From Rickettsia sp. (lineage in GTDB: Bacteria; Pseudomonadota; Alphaproteobacteria; Rickettsiales; UBA1997), in NCBI GenBank assembly GCA_038131245.1, contig JAYPPA010000010.1, forward strand, positions 983 to 64,982: DNA of 64,000 nt. Reading direction: 5' to 3'. Positions 29,097 through 39,072 of this stretch are shown one piece after another (the stretch's first letter is position 1; each line of letters starts with the position of its first letter). Under the pieces are notes generated by a model, which saw only the letters and a program-made list of their open reading frames with translations, ran no database searches and was not told where the DNA came from. Position numbers and translations under genes: made by a program.

Positions 29097-29618
29097 TTAC
29101 GCTTTGTTGCTTACGAATATTACTATTAGTTGCATTCCCTCTAACTTAGGGCTAGCTTCTGGCTTTGCATATGGCTCAACTATTTGTATTACCTCGTTAA
29201 TCATATCCTTGGCAATATCAATATGAGTAATTTCTCTACCTCTCATCCTCATACTAACCTTTACCTTATTACCAGCAGCAATAAATTTCTCAATCTTGGA
29301 TATTTTTGTCATAAAGTCACCGCGCCCAATGTTAAAAGACATCTTCACCTCTTTTAACTCAACTACTTTTTGCCTTTTTTTAGCATCAGCAGCTTTTTTC
29401 TGCATCTCATATCTCATCTTACCAAAATTTCCAATCTTACAAACAGGAGGGCTTACATGCGGAGACACCTCAATTAGGTCCAGCCCAGCATCTTGAGCCT
29501 TATCAAGGGCCTTATGAGTAGAAATAACTCCTAGCATTTCACCGTTTTCATCAATCAATCTCACCTCAAGAGCCTTGATTTCTTCATTAACTGCAAATGT
29601 TTTACCTTTATTTTTCAC
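29097..29618 (-). CDS. infC: translation initiation factor IF-3
   Basis: 173 aa, GTG start. Strings NEEIKALEVRLIDENGE..VCKIGNFGKMRYE. Confidence 0.9.
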   Translation of the reverse strand: MKNKGKTFAVNEEIKALEVRLIDENGEMLGVISTHKALDKAQDAGLDLIEVSPHVSPPVCKIGNFGKMRYEMQKKAADAKKRQKVVELKEVKMSFNIGRGDFMTKISKIEKFIAAGNKVKVSMRMRGREITHIDIAKDMINEVIQIVEPYAKPEASPKLEGMQLIVIFVSNKA

Positions 29619-29708
29619 TTATATATGTTTGTTTATATTTATTATTTTGGTACTTATTATTAATTATACCACTAACTAACAAAAATATCAAGAAAAATAT
29701 AATATTCT

Positions 29709-30533
29709 CTATTTTTTTAAAGCTAAGGCGATTTCGTATATTTTTTTCCTATTTAAACCATATATTTCAGATAGTTCGCCACTAATGTCCTTGCTAGAAT
29801 AGCCATTTTTAAGCATTTCTTCAATTTTAGCCGCAATTTCGTCTTCACTAATTAATTTTTCGAGGGTTTTTTCAACTATTACCACAAACTCTCCCCTTAA
29901 TTTGTCAGAATTAGCCTCAAAATAGCCAATTATATTAGAAATATCATCTGTTATCACCTGTTCGTGAATTTTGGTAATTTCCCTAGCAATTGTTACCTTT
30001 CTATCTCCCATATGCTTCAAAATCTCTTCCAAAACACCTAATAACCTGGTTGATCTTTCAAAAAAGATAAAGCTTATTTGCTGGTCAAGATCTTTAAGCT
30101 GAGCAACTCTCTTAGCAGAACTTGCTGGTAAAAATCCCAAAAATAAAAACTTATCAAGAGCCAACCCCGATACAGACAAAGCCGCTGTTACACTTGAACA
30201 GCCAGCTATTGGTGTTACTTTTATACTATTTTCCTTAAGTAGCTTGATTAATTTTTGTCCAGGATCAGAAATTAATGGCGTTCCAGCATCGCTAACCAAG
30301 GCTACATCCTCAGTTTGCAAGATATTAAGTATCTTTAATCGATCTTTAGAGCTGCTTAAATCATTGTAAATTAGTAGCTTTTTGTCATAAATTTCATATT
30401 TTTGCAATAAACGACTTGTAATTCTAGTATCTTCGCATAAAATAGTATTAACGGATTTTAAAATATCCAAAGCTCTTAGTGTAATATCTCTTAGATTACC
30501 TATGGGAGTAGCAACAACATATAATTCTGACAT
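29709..30533 (-). CDS. rsmI: 16S rRNA (cytidine1402-2'-O)-methyltransferase
   Basis: 274 aa. Starts LYVVATPIGNLRDITLRALDILK. Divergent from lpoA, as in E. coli. Confidence 0.9.
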   Translation of the reverse strand: MSELYVVATPIGNLRDITLRALDILKSVNTILCEDTRITSRLLQKYEIYDKKLLIYNDLSSSKDRLKILNILQTEDVALVSDAGTPLISDPGQKLIKLLKENSIKVTPIAGCSSVTAALSVSGLALDKFLFLGFLPASSAKRVAQLKDLDQQISFIFFERSTRLLGVLEEILKHMGDRKVTIAREITKIHEQVITDDISNIIGYFEANSDKLRGEFVVIVEKTLEKLISEDEIAAKIEEMLKNGYSSKDISGELSEIYGLNRKKIYEIALALKK

Positions 30534-31869
30534 GAGAAATTTAATTTTTATTATTTTATCTATAATTCTACTACAAAGTTGTAAATCATCAAGTGATTTA
30601 TTTGTCGAAGATTATAATCCTGGCCAAGACGATATATTGCAACCTTATGAAACTGCAAATGTTTTTTCCAGTAGAGACCTAGAAACACTATATTCTAACA
30701 AGAAAAAGGTTAAAGTCGCACTATTCTTGCCAATGTCTGGTAATAATGCCAATTTAGGAGAATTACTCTATCAATCAGCTTTAATATCATTATTTGATAA
30801 TGATAGAAATCACAATATTGAATTAGTTTTGGTTGATTCTGGCGATAATCCAATTGATTCGTCACAAATATTTAAAAAAGAGATAGTAAAAAAAGGTATA
30901 AAAACCGTAATAGGGCCAATATTTAGCAATCAAATAGATATTATCTCTAGGAACGCCTTAAGATATAATGTAAATGTTATTTCTCTTTCCAATAATCAAG
31001 AAATGATAGGGAAAATTGAATCTGATAGTGCGATTTTCATAGCTGGATTCTTACCGGACCAGCAAATAGACGCGATGATTAGTCACTTACAGGAAAATGA
31101 TATTAATGATGTGGCGGTAGTTGCTCCGAATAATTCATACGGAATAGCTATGTCTAAAATTATTAAAGAGACCCTTAAAAGTCGAGACGCAACGCTAATT
31201 CAATCCGACCTTTATGATAATTCTTCAAACACTTTAGCAAAAGTTATAGAAAGAACAATCAAAGCTTACAAGGTTCCAACTGAAATGACGGAAGGCGGAG
31301 GAAGAAGATTCGAAGAGGATTATCGAATATTAGAATCGGACAAAAGATATGCAAAAGCAATAATAGTTGCTGATTCTGCAAATAATACCGCTGAGATATC
31401 TACTTTGATAAAAAAATACAATAAAACTCAAAGAGAGATAATATTGGTTGGCATAGGTAGCTGGGATGACAAATCTATAACCGAAAAAGATTTTGCCACA
31501 AGAGTTTTATACTCCGCTCCAGATCCATCAAAATTCAACAAATTTGAGAGATCTTTTTACAGATATTACTCAAAATATCCACCAAGAATATCTTCTATTG
31601 TTTATGACTCGGTCGCAACAATCGCTCAAATAGTTGATAGAAATGGCAATAGAGTCCCTTCTACTCAAGATTTTATCGAATATAAAGATGCTGACCGAAT
31701 AGGGTTTTCTGGAATTGATGGACGATTTAGATTCCTCGAAAATGGCTTAGTACAAAGACTTTACCCAATCTTAGAATTAAAAGATGGAAAATTTAGCGAA
31801 ATCAAAGCTCCAAGCGAAAAGTTTCTTGAAATAAAAAAAGAAGAAGATCTTGCTGTGAATCCAACCTAA
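30532..31869 (+). CDS. lpoA: LpoA/LppC-like lipoprotein (penicillin-binding protein activator, type 1 periplasmic binding fold)
   Basis: Start taken at MRNLIFIILSIILLQSC (lipobox). Has a periplasmic-binding-protein-like body and the conserved divergent pairing with rsmI. Confidence 0.6.
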   Translation: MRNLIFIILSIILLQSCKSSSDLFVEDYNPGQDDILQPYETANVFSSRDLETLYSNKKKVKVALFLPMSGNNANLGELLYQSALISLFDNDRNHNIELVLVDSGDNPIDSSQIFKKEIVKKGIKTVIGPIFSNQIDIISRNALRYNVNVISLSNNQEMIGKIESDSAIFIAGFLPDQQIDAMISHLQENDINDVAVVAPNNSYGIAMSKIIKETLKSRDATLIQSDLYDNSSNTLAKVIERTIKAYKVPTEMTEGGGRRFEEDYRILESDKRYAKAIIVADSANNTAEISTLIKKYNKTQREIILVGIGSWDDKSITEKDFATRVLYSAPDPSKFNKFERSFYRYYSKYPPRISSIVYDSVATIAQIVDRNGNRVPSTQDFIEYKDADRIGFSGIDGRFRFLENGLVQRLYPILELKDGKFSEIKAPSEKFLEIKKEEDLAVNPT

Positions 31870-32139
31870 GTAGCCACCTTACTTCTAAGGAGGGGTAAAC
31901 ATCACTCTTACGCTTAAGGCATAAGCGGTAATTCGGCCTTCCCATCCTCTAAAAGACTCCTCTTTAGCGTGAATTTAGAGCGCTATTATGCTACTCAATT
32001 TGATTGATTAGAAGAAGTGAAGCCTTGTAAATCTATCTGCAAATGAAAGTCTTTATAAAGCAAATAAATCCAATAGGGAATAGAAAAATAGATTCCTTAA
32101 TGCATCTTAATGTAAAAAAGTATGTAATCAGCAGACTTT

Positions 32140-32174
32140 ATAAAGAGGCTTTAAGATCTTTTAAAGCCTCTTAT
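32140..32174. terminator. bidirectional hairpin between convergent genes
   Basis: 12-bp perfect stem AAGAGGCTTTAA / TTAAAGCCTCTT with an 8-nt loop (gatctttt), flanked by A/T runs. It ends 5 nt from the TAXI gene stop. Confidence 0.6.
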
Positions 32175-32178
32175 AAAT

Positions 32179-33141
32179 TTAAAATAGATTCTTCTCTTTG
32201 AAATATTTTACAGAACCTTCGTGAAGAGGAATATCACCAGATCTCATCATTGCTTTCTTATTTAAAGATGTAAAGACCGGATGTAAAGTTTTGAAATTGT
32301 CAAAATTATCAAACACAGCCTTAACCATCTCATAAACAACTTTATCAGATGTATTTTTAGTAGTCACAACAGCAGATCTAACCCCAAAAGTATTTATATT
32401 CTTAGGATTTCTTGGATACATTCCGCCAGGAATTTGAGCCCTAACATAAAATGAATTTTGTTCAATAACCTTATTGACAGTTTTCTTATCTATATCAAGA
32501 ATTCTGATGCTACAAGTTTGAGCAGCTTCTTGCAATACACCATTTGGATTTCCAGACATATAAACCATTGCGTCTATTTCTCCATCGCAAAGAGATTTTG
32601 GTTGCTCAGACGGTCTCAAATAAGTCACTTCTTTAAAATCCTTTTCAGAAAAACCCTTGGTCTTCATAAGCATTTCCATTGTAGCAAACATACCAGAGCC
32701 TCTCAACCCATAATTTACTCTTTTATCTTTTAGATCAGCTATAGATTTTATATTTGAAGATTTTCTAACTGCAATTGCCAAAGTTTCTGTATATAGTGAA
32801 AATACAGATCTTAAATCAGAAAAAGGTTTTTGATCAGCAAAAAAACCAGTTCCATAATATGAATGATACTGCCAGTCTGACTGAACAATTGCAAAATCAA
32901 GAGTTTTGTTTCTAATTGCATTTAAGTTAGAAACAGACCCACCTGTAGATTCAACAGAACATCTAATGCCATGATCTTTTCTTCCTCTATTTACCAATCG
33001 ACATATCGCACCCCCAGCTGGATAATACACGCCAGTAATTGCACCCGTCCCCACAGAAACATATTTAGTCCTAGCAAAAGACTCGGAAACAATAGATGTT
33101 GATATTGTTGCAATAAATATTATTTTTAATACTAGTTTCAT
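32179..33141 (-). CDS. TAXI-family TRAP transporter solute-binding protein
   Basis: 320 aa with a signal peptide and the TAXI-typical VGTGAITGVYYPAGGAICRL block. Confidence 0.8.
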   Translation of the reverse strand: MKLVLKIIFIATISTSIVSESFARTKYVSVGTGAITGVYYPAGGAICRLVNRGRKDHGIRCSVESTGGSVSNLNAIRNKTLDFAIVQSDWQYHSYYGTGFFADQKPFSDLRSVFSLYTETLAIAVRKSSNIKSIADLKDKRVNYGLRGSGMFATMEMLMKTKGFSEKDFKEVTYLRPSEQPKSLCDGEIDAMVYMSGNPNGVLQEAAQTCSIRILDIDKKTVNKVIEQNSFYVRAQIPGGMYPRNPKNINTFGVRSAVVTTKNTSDKVVYEMVKAVFDNFDNFKTLHPVFTSLNKKAMMRSGDIPLHEGSVKYFKEKNLF

Positions 33142-33298
33142 AACTTAATTAAATTTATTCATATTCCTTCAATATTACATATTAAAGCTAATATTAGTAA
33201 ATGTAAACCCTTTTTTTATAATTTTTTTACAATTATTAGCCAATTACCCTAAAAGACACCTAAAATAGCCTTATTTTTCATAGGTTAGTTAAAATAGT

Positions 33299-33327
33299 TT
33301 GACATTTAACTTAAAATTTTTTAAGAT
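33299..33327 (+). promoter_or_regulatory. sigma70-type promoter (TTGACA-17-TAAGAT)
   Basis: TTGACA at 33299-33304, 17-nt spacer, TAAGAT at 33322-33327. It lies 51 nt upstream of the symporter ATG. Confidence 0.5.
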
Positions 33328-33378
33328 AGAAGGTGATTACTTAAAAAAGGTAAAATGATATTAATTAATTTTTAAGCT

Positions 33379-34608
33379 ATGAAATTATGGAAGCAGGTAT
33401 TAATAGGATTAGCCCTAGGTGTAGTGGCAGGTATCGTTCTTAAAGAAGACGCCATCTATCTCAAAATCTTTGGAACAATCTTTATATCCCTAATTAAAAT
33501 GGTTATCGTGCCGTTGATTTTCTTTGCACTACTTGCTGGTATCACATCTATGCAAGGCCAAGGAAACTTTACCAGGATAGGTATTAAGGGCTTTGCAAGC
33601 TACTTACTTACTGCGGTATTTGCAGTTTTCATCGGATTATCCGCTGGAGCCATATTTCAGCCAGGTGCTGGTGTAGACTTATCTTCTATGCTTGAATCAA
33701 CTGGTGCTGCTGCTGGTGCAATAAAAACCGTTGCTCCTCCAACTGCTAGTGAATTTTTACTAAATTTGATACCAAAAAACCCTATCAAAGCAATGGCCAC
33801 TGATCAATTCTTGCAAATCATTGTATTTTCGATCTTTAGTGGAATTACCATTAACTTAGTTGGTAGCAAGGCTGAGCCAGTTAAAGAACTTATTGCTTCT
33901 GCCTCTTTAGTTACCTTTAAAATGATTGAATTAATCATTAAATTGGCTCCTCTTGGTGCTTTTGGTTATATTTCTTGGGTAGTTGGAACTCAAGGTATGG
34001 ATATACTTAAAGCCTTAACAATGCTTGTTATAACCTTGATTGTAGCTTGTATTTTCCAATATCTAGTGTTCGGTGTATTTATCGCACTTGTTGGAAGATT
34101 GAATCCAATGCCTTTTTACAGAAAAATACTATTTACCCAGTCAATTGCTTTTGCAACAAGTAGTAGTAAAGCTACCTTGTCAACTGCTATGGAACAGCTA
34201 CAAACTAGGCTTGGTGTATCCAAAACTAACTCTAACTTCTTGCTACCTCTTGGGGTTTGTATAAACATGGATGGTACGGCTATTTATCTAGGTATTGCCG
34301 CCCTATTCTTCTCGCAAGCATATGGAATTGACCTTACATTTCAAAATTACTTAATGTTGATTTTGACTTGTACTTTAGGATCAATTGGTGCTGCTGGGAT
34401 ACCTAGTGGATCAATCATCTTTATGAGTATGGTTCTTGGATCTGTTGGACTACCAATTGAAGGTATTGGAATTATCTTGGGTGTAGATAGAGTTTTAGAC
34501 ATGCTTAGAACTACTATTAACATTACTGGCGACTCTGCTATCACTATGATTGTTGATAGGACTGAAGGTGGCCTTGATGAAAAAGTATATTATTCAAAAG
34601 ATAATTAA
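33379..34608 (+). CDS. dicarboxylate/amino acid:cation symporter (GltP/DctA family)
   Basis: 409 aa polytopic protein with family strings (SSSKATL, NMDGTA, DRVLDMLRT). Confidence 0.85.
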   Translation: MKLWKQVLIGLALGVVAGIVLKEDAIYLKIFGTIFISLIKMVIVPLIFFALLAGITSMQGQGNFTRIGIKGFASYLLTAVFAVFIGLSAGAIFQPGAGVDLSSMLESTGAAAGAIKTVAPPTASEFLLNLIPKNPIKAMATDQFLQIIVFSIFSGITINLVGSKAEPVKELIASASLVTFKMIELIIKLAPLGAFGYISWVVGTQGMDILKALTMLVITLIVACIFQYLVFGVFIALVGRLNPMPFYRKILFTQSIAFATSSSKATLSTAMEQLQTRLGVSKTNSNFLLPLGVCINMDGTAIYLGIAALFFSQAYGIDLTFQNYLMLILTCTLGSIGAAGIPSGSIIFMSMVLGSVGLPIEGIGIILGVDRVLDMLRTTINITGDSAITMIVDRTEGGLDEKVYYSKDN

Positions 34609-34623
34609 ATATACCAATGAAAT

Positions 34624-35262
34624 ATGAAAGCAGAATATCTAGACAGATTATCATTAAAAATCTTGCTGTTATTCTGCTTTCTTTTTCTATTTACAAATAA
34701 AGTAGAGGCATCCTACAAGGCTTCCAGCTTGGAAAGCTCATACCTTTTAAAAATAGAGAATTTCTTAAATGGTATAAAAAATCTCTCATCTGATTTTACT
34801 CAAGAAAATAATAATGGGGCTGATGCTGTTGGGAAATTTTATATCTCTAGACCAGGTAAAATGAGGATCGAATATCGCTCAAATCCTAAAATGCTAATAA
34901 CGGTAAATGGTTCAGTTTTAACATATAAAGATTTGGATCTAGATGAGATCTCAAACTTGTCAACTAATACGACTCCGGCCTCTCTTTTAACGAGAAAAAA
35001 CATATCTTTTAAGGCTAAAGATATTTTAATTGATAGTTTGAAAGTTAATCAAAATCAAGTGTCGGTTACTGTAATTAAAAAGAATCGTCCGGAAGCTGGG
35101 AAATTTCGCCTAATTTTCAACAAAGAAGTAACTGAGTTTAAAAAAATGGAAGTAATTGACGATCTTGGTCAAGTTGTGACGGTTAAGCTCTCTAATGTGA
35201 CTTATCCTGGCCACTTGCCCTCTAATTTATTTTATATAAAAAGTAGCAATCTACCATTTTAA
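34624..35262 (+). CDS. lolA: LolA-like outer-membrane lipoprotein carrier protein
   Basis: 212 aa with a signal peptide. The block SSDFTQ..GKFYISRPGKMRIEY..VNGSVLTYKD is typical of LolA. Confidence 0.65.
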   Translation: MKAEYLDRLSLKILLLFCFLFLFTNKVEASYKASSLESSYLLKIENFLNGIKNLSSDFTQENNNGADAVGKFYISRPGKMRIEYRSNPKMLITVNGSVLTYKDLDLDEISNLSTNTTPASLLTRKNISFKAKDILIDSLKVNQNQVSVTVIKKNRPEAGKFRLIFNKEVTEFKKMEVIDDLGQVVTVKLSNVTYPGHLPSNLFYIKSSNLPF

Positions 35263-35269
35263 TATAACT

Positions 35270-35695
35270 ATGTACAATAAATTTTCGAACAAAAAAAATA
35301 GAAAAAAAACAAACTATATCAGTGATATAAATGTTACTCCTTTTGTGGATGTATTACTGGTATTGCTGATTGTTTTTATGATTACCGCGCCAATACTTAC
35401 TGGATCAGTGGATATCGACCTTCCTAATGGAGACTCTTCCAAACAAATTAAAGAAAAAACTAAACCAGTTGTTGTTTCCATTACCAAAAAAGAAGAAATA
35501 ATAATTTCTGACTCAAAAGTAGCAATCGATGATATAAAAAAAGCCCTTATCGAGGCCACTTCTAACGACTTAAATCAAAAAATTTACATCAAAGGAGATG
35601 TGTCGGTTGATTATGGGTTTATAATGAATATCATAAAAAGTATTAACGAATCTGGGTTTTCCAAAGTAATATTAGTTACTAATATCTCAAAATGA
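35270..35695 (+). CDS. tolR: ExbD/TolR family protein
   Basis: 141 aa. ISDINVTPFVDVLLVLLIVFMIT followed by a periplasmic domain. Confidence 0.8.
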   Translation: MYNKFSNKKNRKKTNYISDINVTPFVDVLLVLLIVFMITAPILTGSVDIDLPNGDSSKQIKEKTKPVVVSITKKEEIIISDSKVAIDDIKKALIEATSNDLNQKIYIKGDVSVDYGFIMNIIKSINESGFSKVILVTNISK

Positions 35696-36444
35696 TTAGA
35701 AATATTCTCTATTCAATTTGCTTGCATCTATTATTTTTAATTGCTATTTATAGTAGCATAAAAAATATAGATTTTTCTGATCAAGATCAGGCTATCGAAG
35801 GCATTTCTGTTGGCGTAAAAGAGCTGGATGAAAAAAAGAAACTTCCCGCTGAGAAACCTCCTGAGCCAGAAAAGGAAAAAGAATTTGTAAAACCTGCGGA
35901 AAAAAAGGAAGAGGAACCAAAAAAACAAGAGCCCGAAATTAAGAATGAACCTAAAAAGAAAACTGAGCAAGATGTTAAGCTTCCGCCTGCTGAAAAAAAA
36001 GAAATAAAAAAAATAATTAAGAAAATTGAAAAAAAATTAGAAAAAAAAGAAGATATACCGGATCTGACAATTAGAAAGGTATATCAAAATGATACATATA
36101 CAGATAGCGTTGATAGTCTTGATCTATCTTCAATCCACACCAGGTCTATCAAAAATCACTTAAATTTTTGCTTTGCTTCAATATTAGAAGGACAAGATAA
36201 GTCCCTTGAAATGGTTGAAGAAATCGAAGTAATATTTGATGTATCAAAATCTGGCGTTATTAAATTCGACTTTAAGAGAAATGCTGATGAAAAACTTTTA
36301 AAAGATCAAAAATTCGCAAATTATCAGGAAATCATTAGAAAAATCGAAAATTCCACTAAAAATTGCGCTATATTTCGTAATTTACCAAGTGATAAATATG
36401 AAATATGGCGAGAGTTTAAGGTGCTGCTTACTTCAAAAAAATAA
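35692..36444 (+). CDS. tolA: TolA/TonB-like protein (N-terminal anchor, Lys/Glu/Pro-rich linker)
   Basis: 250 aa with one TM segment, then a PEPEKEKE..KKQEPEIKNEPKKK linker and a small C-terminal domain. Its start overlaps the tolR stop. Confidence 0.65.
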   Translation: MIRNILYSICLHLLFLIAIYSSIKNIDFSDQDQAIEGISVGVKELDEKKKLPAEKPPEPEKEKEFVKPAEKKEEEPKKQEPEIKNEPKKKTEQDVKLPPAEKKEIKKIIKKIEKKLEKKEDIPDLTIRKVYQNDTYTDSVDSLDLSSIHTRSIKNHLNFCFASILEGQDKSLEMVEEIEVIFDVSKSGVIKFDFKRNADEKLLKDQKFANYQEIIRKIENSTKNCAIFRNLPSDKYEIWREFKVLLTSKK

Positions 36445-36470
36445 AAATTTGCTATTTTTTAATATTTTAC

Positions 36471-36499
36471 TTGCATAAATCTTCAAAATGTGTTATAAT
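36471..36499 (+). promoter_or_regulatory. sigma70 promoter TTGCAT-17-TATAAT
   Basis: TTGCAT at 36471-36476, 17-nt spacer ending in TGT, TATAAT at 36494-36499. Confidence 0.6.
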
Positions 36500-36537
36500 G
36501 AAACTAGGGCATAAAATATTATTAAATTTTATTGATT

Positions 36538-36741
36538 ATGGCTATTATAAATAATAAAAACTACCCTGAAAATAAAACTCCAATAGATGAGGAGCAAAGA
36601 GAGATTCTGGCTGCTGTTGACGACCTTGGTCATCATGCGCAAGAATGCTTAAAATCTTTCAATCGCTCGTTACCTGCACAGCCACTCAAAAATCCGGCTG
36701 CAGAGCGATCAATGGATGGTCAAGATAATCGCACAAGATAG
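36538..36741 (+). CDS. small hypothetical protein, 67 aa
   Basis: ATG 38 nt after the promoter -10 (the track used an upstream TTG). No recognisable motif. Coding status is uncertain. Confidence 0.4.
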   Translation: MAIINNKNYPENKTPIDEEQREILAAVDDLGHHAQECLKSFNRSLPAQPLKNPAAERSMDGQDNRTR

Positions 36742-36742
36742 A

Positions 36743-37027
36743 TTATTTCTCTTGCTGGCTATTCTTTAAAATCAAATGCAATAATATAATATTTGCAGAG
36801 CTGATCATGATGTAAGACATTATAACCTCTATCATATTGTTGATTAAGAAGCTATTTTTTGAAGAAAAGAAGATTATGACGATTAAAAATGTAACATGCA
36901 TCAATATAAAAAACATAACCATCTTGGGTTGTTCCTTACTAAAATAAGATAGCAAGAAATAGCCAATAAACAAGGCTATCAAGCAATATAATAAGATATT
37001 TTCAATTATATTTTCTAAGAAATCCAT
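36743..37027 (-). CDS. hypothetical small membrane protein (about 3 TM)
   Basis: 94-aa ORF with three hydrophobic stretches and no motif. Confidence 0.4.
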   Translation of the reverse strand: MDFLENIIENILLYCLIALFIGYFLLSYFSKEQPKMVMFFILMHVTFLIVIIFFSSKNSFLINNMIEVIMSYIMISSANIILLHLILKNSQQEK

Positions 37028-37096
37028 AGATTTTTTATTTTTTTATTATATAATATTATATTATAGGATGAATTATTAATTAATCAATTTTTTGTT

Positions 37097-38101
37097 ATGA
37101 CAAATGTATCTATTAATGGACTTGGAAGAATCGGTAGATGTGTTTTAAGAGCCCTATTTGAAGAAGATAAATATTCAAGCTTCAATTTAGTTGCTGTTAA
37201 TGCTTCTGCGCCACTTGAGACGCTGCGCCATATCCTAAAATATGATTCAGTTCATGGTCAATTTAACAAGAATATTGAAATTTCGCAAAATGATCATTCT
37301 TTGGTTATTGATGGTAAAAAGGTTAAAGTTATTGCCGAAAGAAACCCAGAGCTCCTACCTTGGAAGGATTTAGCTGTAGATATCGTTTTTGAATGTACTG
37401 GGCAATTTACTAAAAAAGAAGATGCCAGCAAGCACCTTACTGCTGGGGCTAAAAAAGTGATTTTGTCCGCTCCTTCAAAATCTGATGATGTTAAAACTGT
37501 AATTTATCAAGTAAATTCAGATACTTTAACCGCAAAAGACCAAATAATCTCAGTTGGATCATGTACTACGAATTGTTTAGCGCCTGTTGCTAAGGCTTTG
37601 AATGATGCAGTTGGCATCAAACAAGGTTTTATGACGACGATTCATGCTTATACTAATGATCAAAATATCGTGGATAATGCTCATCGCGATCTTAAGCGAG
37701 CTAGAGCCTGCGCGATGTCGATGATTCCGACTTCGACTGGGGCGGCTAAAGCGATTGGACTTGTGCTTCCTGAACTTAAGGGTAAGCTTGATGGCGGGGC
37801 TGTGCGCGTCCCTACCCCTAATGTTTCGATGGTTGATCTGACTTTTGTTTCAGAAAAAGCCACTACGGCAGAAGAAATTAATGCTATCATGAAAAAAACC
37901 AGTGAAACTACGATGAATGAGGTTTTAAGATATGTTGACGAACCACTTGTTTCGATTGATTTTAATCACACAGTACATAGCTCTTGTTTTGATTCAACAT
38001 TGACTAAAGCCAATGGTAACTTGGTTAAGATTGCTTCTTGGTATGATAATGAATGGGCATTTTCATTTAGAATGCTTGATATTGCTAGATTAGTGGCTTA
38101 A
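37097..38101 (+). CDS. gap: glyceraldehyde-3-phosphate dehydrogenase
   Basis: 334 aa. INGLGRIGR NAD-binding start and active site SCTTNCLAP. Confidence 0.92.
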   Translation: MTNVSINGLGRIGRCVLRALFEEDKYSSFNLVAVNASAPLETLRHILKYDSVHGQFNKNIEISQNDHSLVIDGKKVKVIAERNPELLPWKDLAVDIVFECTGQFTKKEDASKHLTAGAKKVILSAPSKSDDVKTVIYQVNSDTLTAKDQIISVGSCTTNCLAPVAKALNDAVGIKQGFMTTIHAYTNDQNIVDNAHRDLKRARACAMSMIPTSTGAAKAIGLVLPELKGKLDGGAVRVPTPNVSMVDLTFVSEKATTAEEINAIMKKTSETTMNEVLRYVDEPLVSIDFNHTVHSSCFDSTLTKANGNLVKIASWYDNEWAFSFRMLDIARLVA

Positions 38102-39066
38102 AGGTACAGCGAATCTAGATCTTTGTTCTTTGCGACCTTATCGACTAGTTTAGCTTTTGCTGGGTCCGAGCTTGGAGCCTCAGCAGCGCTAGCAGCATCT
38201 CCATCTAATAGACCTAACATTAAGCTTTCTAGCTCGTCTTGAACCCCCATAGATGACACAACTTCGTCTATCTTGTGAATGCGATCCGGATATAAATCCT
38301 TAAGCTCAGATATTAGATCTTCACTTATTTCATCTAAAGATTCTGTTATTAAATAATTCACAATATTTTCATAGCTTGACTTTTTCTCCTCTTCTTGGCC
38401 ATCTTCCAATCTGCATAATATTGATAATGGATGAAATAAATAAGATTCCTCAGTCTCTAAAGAGTCAAAAGCTGCCCGATGATTCTCTGCTAAATATTTT
38501 ACAGCTCTAAAATTTCCATAACCAGCCGCCAAATGCAAAGCATTAAACTCTGTATCTTCATGTAAAACTGTATCGCGAATATTTGCACCATTATCCAATA
38601 AATACTGGACTATTTCAAATTCCTCCATTGCAAGAGCAAGCTGAAGAGCGCCCCAACCTGATTTGCCCTTTTGCCTAATATAACTCTGCGCAGAAGGGGA
38701 TTGCGACCCTTCTTCCAATTTAGCACTGATGTGACCAATTATTGCTCGAACTATATCATTATTGCGCCCTAAGACTGCCTGATAAAGAGTGGTATTTTCA
38801 TCAAGGTCTTCTTGAAAAATATCAGCGCCATTTTCAACAAATAAGTCAAATAGATCTTTACGACCTTGAGCGCATGCATAGTGAAGAAGGCTTGGGTCAT
38901 CTTGTGATGGATGAAAATCTATCGCAAAATTATCTTGATTAATTTTATCTTTAATTTCAGCAATATCATATTCGCCACTCAAAATAGCACGCTTGACAAA
39001 TTCGTAGATCTCGAAATTTGATTCTTTGACAATTTTAGCCCTTTTCGCTCTGGTTTCTGTTGGCAT
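38098..39066 (-). CDS. ankyrin-repeat protein
   Basis: 322 aa with at least four ANK-like units (SLLHYACAQGRKDLFDLFVENGADI; TTLYQAVLGRNNDIVRAII; GALQLALAMEEFEIVQYLLDNGANI; NALHLAAGYGNFRAVKYLAE). The C-terminus is acidic. Confidence 0.8.
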   Translation of the reverse strand: MPTETRAKRAKIVKESNFEIYEFVKRAILSGEYDIAEIKDKINQDNFAIDFHPSQDDPSLLHYACAQGRKDLFDLFVENGADIFQEDLDENTTLYQAVLGRNNDIVRAIIGHISAKLEEGSQSPSAQSYIRQKGKSGWGALQLALAMEEFEIVQYLLDNGANIRDTVLHEDTEFNALHLAAGYGNFRAVKYLAENHRAAFDSLETEESYLFHPLSILCRLEDGQEEEKKSSYENIVNYLITESLDEISEDLISELKDLYPDRIHKIDEVVSSMGVQDELESLMLGLLDGDAASAAEAPSSDPAKAKLVDKVAKNKDLDSLYL

Positions 39067-39072
39067 ATAAGT

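Noticed and set aside
29597-29785. 62-aa plus-strand ORF spanning the infC-rsmI spacer. Also the 63-aa plus-strand ORF at 49544-49735.
   Set aside because: Both have AT-rich low-complexity translations. The first overlaps the infC start and the rsmI end. The second covers the promoter and start of the thioredoxin-like gene.
31870-32130. GC-richer 260-bp spacer after lpoA with strings vaguely like the tRNA-Ser islet motif (tagcgtgaatttagagc).
   Set aside because: Only one short, imperfect match. I could not fold or align it convincingly to any RNA family or to the islet units. It is left unannotated.
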